Shown here in pieces: positions 56,313 through 64,000 of a DNA stretch of 64,000 nt (within the stretch, counting starts at the first letter, position 1; the number at the start of each line of letters is the position of its first letter). The notes beneath the pieces were generated by a model. It searched no databases, was not told the origin of the DNA, and saw only the letters and a list, made by a program, of their open reading frames with translations. The position numbers and the translations under genes are program-made. The DNA is from Candidatus Nanoarchaeia archaeon (GTDB taxonomy: Bacteria; Patescibacteriota; Microgenomatia; Woykebacterales; RBG-16-39-9b): positions 42,368 to 106,367 of the forward strand of contig DATBWR010000016.1 in assembly GCA_036514715.1 (NCBI GenBank), written 5' to 3'.

Positions 56313-57412
56313 TGTATCTTGAAGAGCTTTCCTTAATTAACTTCCGCAACTTAGAGAGGCAAACTGTAAAGTTTAAGAGGGGGGTAACGGTTTTCTGGGG
56401 AGATAACGCCGCCGGCAAGACAAATTTGTTGGAAGCTATTTACCTTTTATCAACCGCAAAATCTTTTCGCACCCGAGCCGACCATGAGCTGATAGCTTGG
56501 GGGCAAGAGCAGGCTAAAGTTTTTGGTAAGGTGGGCGCCTTAGCCTTAGAATTGTCAGTTAAACCAGAAAGTAAGCAGCTATCTATCAACAAACAACCAA
56601 AAAATTTAACAGAAATAATTGGTAGCTTTGTAACCGTCTTGTTTACCCCCAGCGATATTGCCCTTGTGGGCGGCCCACCCTTCGAGCGAAGAAGATTTTT
56701 AGACCACCTCGCCTCTAATTTAAGTAAGGAATACCTCCTTCAACTAGTGAGCTTTAATAGAAGTTTGCGGAACCGCAACCAGCTTCTCTACCAACTTAAG
56801 CCCCAGCAAGAGGGAGATTTGTGGGTTTGGGATCAACAACTTGCTAAGGCGGCTAGTTTTGTTTGGGAGTTTCGGGTTGGCGTGATCAAAGAACTAGCAG
56901 AAAAATTGAAAAGTTTGGGCAAAAAACTTCTCCAAGCTTCTTTAACAATAGACTACCCAGCACCTTTCGGGGAGACTACTAAAGCCAGAATACAAGAAGC
57001 CTACTTAAAAACCTTACAGTCAGCCCGCAAGCAAGAAATTGTTAAAAAGCAAACCCTCTTTGGTCCCCACCGGGACGACTTCAAACTAATTCAAGAAGAG
57101 GAGAAGGAAAACAAAGTGGTCAGCAAAAACCTCGGTATTTATGGTTCTAGAGGAGAGCAAAGAGGCGCTGCCTTAGCCTTGAAACTCTCAGAAGTAGAAA
57201 TACTTGAAAGTGACAAAAAAATTAAGCCCGTGCTACTATTAGATGAGGTTTTAAGTGAGCTGGACGAAAAACACCGGCAGTTGCTCCTGCGTCAAGTGCA
57301 CACTGGTCAGACTTTTATCACTACAACTAGCCTTGTAGCAGTTGAAAGTGTTTTAGGAGGCAACTTAAATAGCTTTCTGGTTCGCGAGGGTAAATTAGAA
57401 CCTAAAAAGTAA
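56309..57412 (+). CDS. recF: DNA replication and repair protein RecF
   Basis: NFRNLE...GDNAAGKTNLLEAI Walker A. Confidence 0.9.
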   Translation: MMYLEELSLINFRNLERQTVKFKRGVTVFWGDNAAGKTNLLEAIYLLSTAKSFRTRADHELIAWGQEQAKVFGKVGALALELSVKPESKQLSINKQPKNLTEIIGSFVTVLFTPSDIALVGGPPFERRRFLDHLASNLSKEYLLQLVSFNRSLRNRNQLLYQLKPQQEGDLWVWDQQLAKAASFVWEFRVGVIKELAEKLKSLGKKLLQASLTIDYPAPFGETTKARIQEAYLKTLQSARKQEIVKKQTLFGPHRDDFKLIQEEEKENKVVSKNLGIYGSRGEQRGAALALKLSEVEILESDKKIKPVLLLDEVLSELDEKHRQLLLRQVHTGQTFITTTSLVAVESVLGGNLNSFLVREGKLEPKK

Positions 57413-57413
57413 C

Positions 57414-59225
57414 CTATTTCACCGCAGACTCTTTACCAAGCTCTTGGGGGTTAGAAGTGATCAGAACGTGCTCATGAGGAGCAGCCTGGACTCTGATAGC
57501 CACGTGGTTACTACCAGCAAAGAAAATCCCCTCGCCAACATCAGCAGACAAAAGTAAGTTTCTTTCACCTTCGGAAAGATAAAAGGTGCCAACCACTTGG
57601 TCAATTGAGGCTGGTGACTGCTTTAAAAGTACTTGGATTGAGGAATTGGTGACAATCGCTCGGCCATAATCGCTAGCGAGAAAATCTTCCACGTCTTGTG
57701 TCACTGTGGTCAACCCCAAAAAGTATTTACGGGCGCGTTTAGCAATTGAATACATAAAAGAAGCGCTGTCCGGATGCTTCATCAAGTACCAAGCTTCGTC
57801 AACGATCAACAGCCGTTTCTTGCGATCCTTTTTAATTTTAGTCCAGATGTAATCCAGAATAATAAACATGCCAATGGGGCGGAGTTCATCCTCCATATCA
57901 CGGATGGAAAAAACAGTAAAGGTGTTCTTGATATCAATTGTGGACTGACGGTCGAAGATGCCGGCCAAGGAACCGCGAATGTATTTTTCAATTCTTTCCG
58001 CCATGGACTTTGCTTCTGGCTCAGCGCTATTGAGCAAAACTTCATAAAGATCCTCAAGTACTGGGGAGGGTCTAGTCTGAGTGGCTGGATCTGGGGTAAT
58101 TCCCTTGAGTTTGTAGGTAGTGATCAGGGCACGATCAAGAATGGCATCTTCAGTCGGGGTCATGTTACCTAAGACGATCCGGAAAAGTGAGTGCAGAGAA
58201 AGGATTTTTAAGCCCAACTCGTTTTCACCTTCTTCGTAGACGCCGGAGAGATCAAAAGGGTTAATTTTAGAAGCTTCCCGAGCCGCAAACTTAATATACT
58301 CACCACCGATTGCCTCGCACAAGGGGTGGTACTCTTCCTCGGGATCGATGATAATTATTTCCGTACCGAACATTAAACTGCGCACGGCTTCCAATTTAGT
58401 TAAGTAACTTTTACCAGCCCCACTCTTGGCAAAAACCACACTGTTAGCATTTTCCAAAGTAAAGCGGTCAAAGATCACGAGTGAGCCGTTGTGCTCATTA
58501 ATGCCGTACAAAATACCTTCATTGGCGGTCAGTTCTGAAGAAGTGAAAGGAAAAGTAGTTGCCAGAGAGGTGGTGTCCATATTACGGGTTACCAAAAGTT
58601 TGTCGGTAAAAGTTGGCAGGGTAGTCTGAAAACCCATTTCTTGCTGGAGGGTAGCGTGTTTGGTGACAATGAGTAAGGAGCCAAGGGTGGCCTCAACTTG
58701 CTTAGTGACCGCATTTAACTCATCAAGAGAGTTAGCTGGAACAGTGACATAGAAAGAAAGCTGGAAAAAACGTTCGATACCGGCCACTAACTGATCCTGT
58801 AAGGATTGAGCATCCTCCAAGGCGATTTTTACTGCCGGATCAACAACTCGACCTTTGTCTAAATCACCTTCGACCGTCGCTTCCATCTCAGCGATTTTAC
58901 GACGCAGCTCATCTAATATCCCTTTAGCTTCAACTGGATAGTAGTAAAAGACAATATCAAGGGTATGGTCAAAATTGATAATCGGTGCGAGCCAGTTGGC
59001 GCCGACAAAACGTGGGTAGCCAGAGACAAAGAGAGTTCGAAAGAAAGTTTCCCCAATCCGAAGATGATCGAAATCAACCTGCAAGGCCGGTGGAGCAATA
59101 ATATCTTTGACATCTACCATACCCCGACCAAGAGTCATTTTCACTTTGTCGCGGGTAGAAGCTAGTTCTAATTCCTGTGGGGAGGGAGGTTGTTTCTTGC
59201 GAAAGAAATTTGCTAAGAGGCTCAT
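57414..59225 (-). CDS. VirB4/TrbE/CagE-family type IV secretion ATPase (middle and ATPase domains)
   Basis: Walker A FAKSGAGKSYLTK, Walker B LLIVDEAWYLM and a C-terminal TQ motif (GLTTVTQDVEDF). Confidence 0.7.
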   Translation of the reverse strand: MSLLANFFRKKQPPSPQELELASTRDKVKMTLGRGMVDVKDIIAPPALQVDFDHLRIGETFFRTLFVSGYPRFVGANWLAPIINFDHTLDIVFYYYPVEAKGILDELRRKIAEMEATVEGDLDKGRVVDPAVKIALEDAQSLQDQLVAGIERFFQLSFYVTVPANSLDELNAVTKQVEATLGSLLIVTKHATLQQEMGFQTTLPTFTDKLLVTRNMDTTSLATTFPFTSSELTANEGILYGINEHNGSLVIFDRFTLENANSVVFAKSGAGKSYLTKLEAVRSLMFGTEIIIIDPEEEYHPLCEAIGGEYIKFAAREASKINPFDLSGVYEEGENELGLKILSLHSLFRIVLGNMTPTEDAILDRALITTYKLKGITPDPATQTRPSPVLEDLYEVLLNSAEPEAKSMAERIEKYIRGSLAGIFDRQSTIDIKNTFTVFSIRDMEDELRPIGMFIILDYIWTKIKKDRKKRLLIVDEAWYLMKHPDSASFMYSIAKRARKYFLGLTTVTQDVEDFLASDYGRAIVTNSSIQVLLKQSPASIDQVVGTFYLSEGERNLLLSADVGEGIFFAGSNHVAIRVQAAPHEHVLITSNPQELGKESAVK

Positions 59226-59944
59226 TGCGGTGCTTCTCCCGTACTTTCCGAGCCTTCCGCTTGAGTGGGTTGTAAGGCCGGTTCGACAATTGGAGTAGTA
59301 TATTCAGTGGTATTTAAGGCTGCTTTTTGCTCGCGAGACACCTCGGGGTTATAAAGATCGTAGAAAAATTCTACCAGCTCTTCGGTACGTAAAAGCCTAG
59401 TTTTAACCCCAATACGAGCAATTTGTTTGGTCAAATGGTCGATTTTTGGCCCTAAGTTGACTTTGGCTTTTTCTAAAGTGTGCCACTTATCGGGGACAGG
59501 TTTGTCTTTCTTTACCAAACTCGGTAAAGTTAAGGCTTGCGAAAGACTGGTATTAGCATAGGGTATCACCACGTAGAAGCGTTTATCAAGGACTTGGTTT
59601 TTCGAAACTAAATCATGGATAAATTTAGTGTAAAGGCCAATCATATTGGCTAAACTCTCGTTCACCGCCTGGTTTTGAGCGCCAGCAAGAAGCTTCAGGT
59701 AGCTAGAGATATCCATACGTTTCGAACGGACTACAATTTGAATTGGATAGGTTAGCGAGTTCAAAAGAGCTGCGTAAGCGAAAATCATGGCGTCTTGCTC
59801 CCGCTCGGAAAGCAGGTCAAAATTAACTGCCGTGGTTTGCAGAATGGCCACCGCGTTGCCGTTTTTTAAAATGACCAAATCATCACGAATATCTTCGATA
59901 TCTAAATGTTGTTGAGTGGAAGCATTGGGGGTTTTGGCAGCCAT
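59222..59944 (-). CDS. VirB4 N-terminal-domain-like protein (split VirB4, translationally coupled by an ATGA overlap)
   Basis: The pattern LDIEDIRDDLVILKNGNAVAILQTTAVNFDLLSEREQ...YPIQIVVRSKR resembles the VirB4 N-terminus. The stop/start overlap is at 59222-59225. Confidence 0.45.
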   Translation of the reverse strand: MAAKTPNASTQQHLDIEDIRDDLVILKNGNAVAILQTTAVNFDLLSEREQDAMIFAYAALLNSLTYPIQIVVRSKRMDISSYLKLLAGAQNQAVNESLANMIGLYTKFIHDLVSKNQVLDKRFYVVIPYANTSLSQALTLPSLVKKDKPVPDKWHTLEKAKVNLGPKIDHLTKQIARIGVKTRLLRTEELVEFFYDLYNPEVSREQKAALNTTEYTTPIVEPALQPTQAEGSESTGEAPQ

Positions 59945-59950
59945 GTTTTT

Positions 59951-62164
59951 TTATCGAGCGCTAACCGGAGTATTAATGTTTTTAGCCTTAATTTCGATCG
60001 GTTGCATCACTGAACCGCTGGCTTCAACTTCAATAATGTCAAACTCGTAACCTGCTTTTTCAAGTTCCAGAGTGTAAATTCCGTTTGGCAGAGGAGTCGA
60101 AAGGGCAAACTGACCTAATTTGTTAGGTCTGAAGGCCCGTACCGGCTCCCCATCTTTATTTTTAACAATAATGACGACGCCCGAGAGTAATAGGCCGTTG
60201 GCATCTTTGATAATACCATTAATGACATTAGGTACGTTCGGGGTGTTAGGTAACATTTTACCGTAAGCAGGAGTGGCTTTGACAGTTGGCTTGGTAACCG
60301 CTCGAGCTTTTTTGGCCTGCTCTCTGCGGGCTAAGTCTTTAATTTCCGCAATAACCCGGGCCTTATCCTCAGGGGAAGTGAACTTCTTGCCTGCTTCTTT
60401 TAGAGTTTCGATCCTTTCCTGGGTGCTTTCGGTAGGTACAGCTTGGGGTTTTAACTGAGAAAACAGTTTTTGTAGCTCGTCATTAATACGCCGCTTTTCT
60501 TGAACTGCCTGAAGCTCGCTAAATTGCTTCAGAACGTTGTTGTCCCGCTCCAAAGCCTCGAATTTTTCCAGCATCTCTTTTCTCTGTTGTTGGCTCAGCT
60601 GTTTTAGAGTTTGGGGGTCGAGGTTCGCTAAGGCAGTTTTAAGTTGCTGGAAACTGGGTTTTAAATCTTCAGGGCTAACTTCAAGTGGCGGCGGTACTGC
60701 TATTTTAAGTGGTTGGGTAACTTCTGGTTTTGACGGTGGTGAGAGTGGCTCCACTCTCTGCGAGATGGGTAAAGCCCCCTCCTGGCTAGTTGCTGATTTA
60801 GCCGGTTCTTGAGGAAGTTTGGGTACGCTTTCAGTAGGGACTGCTGGTGGAGTTGAAGGCTTGCCTTTCTCCTCAAGATGTCGGAGCAAGTCCCGCACGC
60901 TTTCGAATGATTGACTACTAACTTCCAGAGGAGGCTTCTCTACTTGAACGATGATAGGGCTGGGAGATTGCTTGGACTCTGGACCAACTGGCGGTTTTAG
61001 TTCTTCACTGGGTATGACTAATACCGTCTTGGGAGCCTCTGGTAAAGGTTTCTCGGTGTGGAGTTTGGCAAAATCAAATTTTGGTTCAACCCCTGGCTGG
61101 TGGTGAGTTTCGTGCTTGGCTTGGTGAGGGTACTTTACACCTTTGGTTTTTTCTTCCAGAGAGTCAGTTTTTTGCTTGAGATGTTTAAGGGCCAGTGAAT
61201 GACTATTAATTAAGTTAGTCAGGGCCCTCCTCCAGTTTTCAGCTGCTTTCAACAAACGCTCGTCAACATCGACCCTTTCTTTTAAGGAAAAAATTTCTTG
61301 GCTTTGGGAAGGGCCGCGAGCTAAATTAAAAGTTCGGTCGAGATCCACAACTTCTTTAACCAAAGCCTTAATCTCTTCCTCCAATTTTACAATGTGCTTT
61401 TGATAATCAGCGTAGTTGTCAGCGCTTAAAGTGACGAGCGGTACTACACCTCGAGACTTCTTGGTAATTGGCTGGCTAGCTAACTCCAAAGAAGTCTCAG
61501 CCTCTTGCGGTTGATTTTGGTCAGCTGTAGAGACAGTAACCGGTTTTGCAAAGGCTAGTTTAGGAGACTCGCTTGAAGACAGAGTAGTTGCCTCTTGGTT
61601 TGGGGTTTTTTGGCGAGTGATTTCTTCGGCTACTCGTTGTTTAATTTGTTCAAAGAGAAGCTTATTAACGTCATCCAACTGACTTTTAATTTGGTCGTTA
61701 AATTGATGATTACTGTTGAGTGCTTCTTGACTGACTACTGGTCTGGGCTTTATAGCTTGGGTTTCTAAATCGTGAGAATTAACATAGGCGCCAGTTTCTG
61801 CAGAAGGTTTAGTGAGTGCCTCAAAAGCAGAGCTTGCCTTGGCCTTAATCTCAGAGTGTAGCTTTGGGGTAAGGCCAACTTGCGGTTCACCTTTAATGCT
61901 GATACTTCCAGAAGTTCCTAAAATTGATGGCGACACTGCTCTAGTGTGAGTGTTTTTAACCGCTCTTACGTAGACATCTCGATCAGGTAGTTGTATCTTA
62001 GTAACCGGTTTAAAACCCACCTCTCCAGCAATCTTAGCTCTCAGCTCCTGGTGAGTTTCAACTACTTGGCGCGGTTTTTGGCCTGGCAAATAACCTTGGC
62101 TAAAGGCAAGCCCGGGGTGGGTCAAAAGGTCAAAACTAGGTAGGCTTTCTTTTTCAGGTATCAT
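59951..62164 (-). CDS. 737-aa low-complexity/coiled-coil protein with a C-terminal carboxypeptidase-regulatory-like beta-sandwich domain (putative T4SS-associated surface/scaffold protein)
   Basis: P/Q/E/K-rich, central coiled-coils and a C-terminal GIIKDANGLLLSGVVIIVKNKDGEPV...GIYTLELEKAGYEF stretch. Confidence 0.6.
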   Translation of the reverse strand: MIPEKESLPSFDLLTHPGLAFSQGYLPGQKPRQVVETHQELRAKIAGEVGFKPVTKIQLPDRDVYVRAVKNTHTRAVSPSILGTSGSISIKGEPQVGLTPKLHSEIKAKASSAFEALTKPSAETGAYVNSHDLETQAIKPRPVVSQEALNSNHQFNDQIKSQLDDVNKLLFEQIKQRVAEEITRQKTPNQEATTLSSSESPKLAFAKPVTVSTADQNQPQEAETSLELASQPITKKSRGVVPLVTLSADNYADYQKHIVKLEEEIKALVKEVVDLDRTFNLARGPSQSQEIFSLKERVDVDERLLKAAENWRRALTNLINSHSLALKHLKQKTDSLEEKTKGVKYPHQAKHETHHQPGVEPKFDFAKLHTEKPLPEAPKTVLVIPSEELKPPVGPESKQSPSPIIVQVEKPPLEVSSQSFESVRDLLRHLEEKGKPSTPPAVPTESVPKLPQEPAKSATSQEGALPISQRVEPLSPPSKPEVTQPLKIAVPPPLEVSPEDLKPSFQQLKTALANLDPQTLKQLSQQQRKEMLEKFEALERDNNVLKQFSELQAVQEKRRINDELQKLFSQLKPQAVPTESTQERIETLKEAGKKFTSPEDKARVIAEIKDLARREQAKKARAVTKPTVKATPAYGKMLPNTPNVPNVINGIIKDANGLLLSGVVIIVKNKDGEPVRAFRPNKLGQFALSTPLPNGIYTLELEKAGYEFDIIEVEASGSVMQPIEIKAKNINTPVSAR

Positions 62165-62778
62165 TTTTCGCTTTCCTTGCTCTCACTGGCAATTTGGTTC
62201 AAGCGTTGAAAACGTGGTTGGGTTTCCCGGATAGTTTGAGTAAACTCAGCTTGGGGTACGTTCAAGTTTGGAGCCACAAAGACCTGGCGGTCGCCGGTTG
62301 CAAAAGGTAGTTGTGCTAAACGTTTTTCTTCGTTCTCATCCACCGCGTTCCCTGTTTCCTGACGAGTGTGACTCTTTAGGTAAGCATCGAGCTTTGAGCG
62401 ATCGGAAACTACCTTCGGGCCCAGAGCAGTTTGTTGGGCTTGCAAATAGGAAGAAAACTGCGGTTCCAGGAAACCCAGATTTTTGGCTTCCCTCCTCCAA
62501 ACCCGGATAGTCGGGGCGTAGATAGTTTTGATGAAAGCAACTAACCACCTTTCAAAAGGCTGATCGTTAATTTTAAAGAGGGCTAGAGCAACTGCTAGTA
62601 AACTAAAGGGCCCACCAATAAGGATAACTACCAGAAAAGGAAGTTGAGCAGCGTAAAGGACAATGTCAATGATACCGGCAAATGCCAGATACCCGAACTG
62701 ACGTAGGGTTAAAAAGCCGATGAGTTTAAACTCAAAACCAGTGATGTTTTGCGGAACAGGGTGCTGTTGCATGGACAA
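62161..62778 (-). CDS. VirB3/PrgI-like 2-TM protein (first gene of the T4SS-like operon)
   Basis: 205 aa. Two TM helices after an N-terminal FEFKLIGFLTLRQFGYL motif. 4-bp overlap with the downstream gene. Confidence 0.45.
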   Translation of the reverse strand: MSMQQHPVPQNITGFEFKLIGFLTLRQFGYLAFAGIIDIVLYAAQLPFLVVILIGGPFSLLAVALALFKINDQPFERWLVAFIKTIYAPTIRVWRREAKNLGFLEPQFSSYLQAQQTALGPKVVSDRSKLDAYLKSHTRQETGNAVDENEEKRLAQLPFATGDRQVFVAPNLNVPQAEFTQTIRETQPRFQRLNQIASESKESEK

Positions 62779-63092
62779 GTTTTTCTATTGACTTTGGTTT
62801 TTTTATTATGCCCTAGAAAAGGCGAAAAATTCAACCCGCACAAAGTGGGTCATAGGGTGGTGGAAGTTATAAACTTCTTCGGCTTCGCCTTCGAATTTTG
62901 TAATTATTCAAGTAAAAATTTTAGTAAAGTGAGAGACAATTATGAATCTCTTCGAGCTTCGTAGCTATCGTAATAGCTATGGGATTGACAATAGCTTCAT
63001 TTCATGTTAAAATCCCCACGAAAAGGTTTACAGATGTTTAGTAAGAGAATTCTTAAGTTAAAAGGCCGAGGAAGCACTCCGACGTAAATTTG

Positions 63093-63165
63093 GAGGGCTT
63101 TGCTTAAGTCAAGACTTAAGCAAGCGGGCTTCTGAGGACTCTAGTTAGTCACCAGAAGCCCGCTT
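63093..63165. other. Cluster of stable hairpins (CTTAAGT/ACTTAAG; 13-bp AAGCGGGCTTCTG/CAGAAGCCCGCTT) in a GC-rich intergenic region
   Basis: Seen directly. Possible terminator, leader or ncRNA. Confidence 0.4.
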
Positions 63166-63600
63166 TTAGTTTGCAAAACTAGGGCGCGAAGCGCCACGTC
63201 AGCAAAGCTTATGCGGCGTTGACTTTTAGCGAAGTGCCCTTAGTGTACCAAAAGTTAACGAAAGGACGGGGCGCACTTTACCAAATTAATAGTTAGAGAA
63301 GCCTTGTTGAAACCCATCAAGAGGGCAACTTGGTAGTAACTCTGAATTCTAAATTCAAGTTATCGCCAGTTTCCCCTCTTGATGAAAATTGCTTTAGGCA
63401 AACTTCATCAAGGTAAGGGGTTAAGAAAAACCAGCCGTAGGTCCCGCGTAGCACGCCTGTGCGAAGTGGGATTGAGCTCTCCGTTCTAGCGCAAGCTAGG
63501 GTGGATGGAGTTCCGACTGTTAACCTTTTTACCTGTAAAGTTTGCGTAAAGCACACCCAGCCTTTGGGCTGAGGTGAATAGTTCAGCAAGGAGAAAGAAA

Positions 63601-64000
63601 GTGACAAACGGAAACGAAGATGACGAGCCCGAACCTATTGGAGATGAAGAAGAAGAGCTACGACGGCTAGAACGAGAACTTGCTATTTTAGAAGGCAGAG
63701 GGGCAGGAGGAGCTTCGCTTATTTACTCAAGCCCTCTGTCCGACGAAGAGTACGTTGCACTAGCTGCCCGTCCCTATGAGGTTTCCTTGGACTGGGTCGT
63801 TCGGTCAGTCGTAACAGCTGACCGAGCTTCTATGAACGCGATCGACCAATTCTTGCAGAGATCGATGGCTCACTTCCGACGCTGGGTTCCTGTCCAGGTC
63901 TACTACCGTGTCCACAGAGCTTGGGAGTTTAAATCGGAACCAGGAAAGGTGAAGGCGGACCGCAGAGGAAAACCCATACCTCTTAGAGACAAGGGTACCA
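63601..64000 (+). CDS. Hypothetical GC-rich gene (5' part), acidic N-terminus, runs off the window end
   Basis: GTG start 7 nt after an AAGGAG RBS, then 133 or more codons with no stop. Rough hand counts give ~55% GC. Confidence 0.45.
   Translation, partial: MTNGNEDDEPEPIGDEEEELRRLERELAILEGRGAGGASLIYSSPLSDEEYVALAARPYEVSLDWVVRSVVTADRASMNAIDQFLQRSMAHFRRWVPVQVYYRVHRAWEFKSEPGKVKADRRGKPIPLRDKGT

Noticed and set aside
1-64000. Searched for CRISPR arrays, integrases, transposases and IS terminal inverted repeats
   Set aside because: No regular repeat-spacer array and no tyrosine or serine recombinase or DDE transposase motifs. Mobile-element evidence is limited to the att-like direct repeats and compositional islands.

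Overview
This 64 kb window looks like a chromosomal segment from a small-genome, CPR/Patescibacteria-like bacterium. The inferred gene content (type IV pilus PilN/O-like genes, a VirB4-like T4SS ATPase, WecA plus a UbiA-family prenyltransferase) would fit Saccharibacteria, but that taxonomic call is an inference. The window contains the replication origin region: rpmH-rnpA-yidD-yidC-jag on the minus strand, divergent from dnaA-dnaN-recF, with perfect TTATCCACA DnaA boxes. Around it are ordinary housekeeping genes: lepA, murJ, rpsT, tpiA, pgk, trxA, two UvrD-family helicases, rmuC, metG, tatD, groES/groEL, galU, tsaD, a short valS, rplY, rnhA and a tRNA-Cys(GCA). Accessory or unusual parts are listed below.
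(1) A ~30% GC island at 3.9-8.0 kb carries an MmeI-like single-chain type IIL restriction-modification enzyme. A 4-TM membrane protein is co-transcribed with it, and a thrombospondin-type-3-repeat mini-protein sits nearby.
(2) A GC-elevated island at 21.6-24.2 kb has its own consensus sigma70 promoter. It encodes a divergent DHH-like phosphoesterase and a 295-aa cysteine-rich protein with internal repeats. It could be foreign DNA from a high-GC donor.
(3) Two integration-scar signatures are present. One is a 39-bp direct repeat duplicating the 3' end of a NYN-domain gene around a ~650-bp insert. The other is a diverged tandem copy of the last ~28 codons of valS, sitting next to a PIN/RHH (VapBC-like) toxin-antitoxin pair.
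(4) A T4SS-like operon lies next to recF/oriC: a VirB3/PrgI-like 2-TM protein, a 737-aa coiled-coil protein, and a VirB4 split into an N-domain ORF and an ATPase ORF.
(5) A 1013-aa multidomain lipase-like surface protein.
(6) A second GC-rich structured region with a gene running off the window end.
No CRISPR array, integrase or transposase is visible. All GC values are rough hand counts, and every homology call comes from motif recognition by eye, not from searches.
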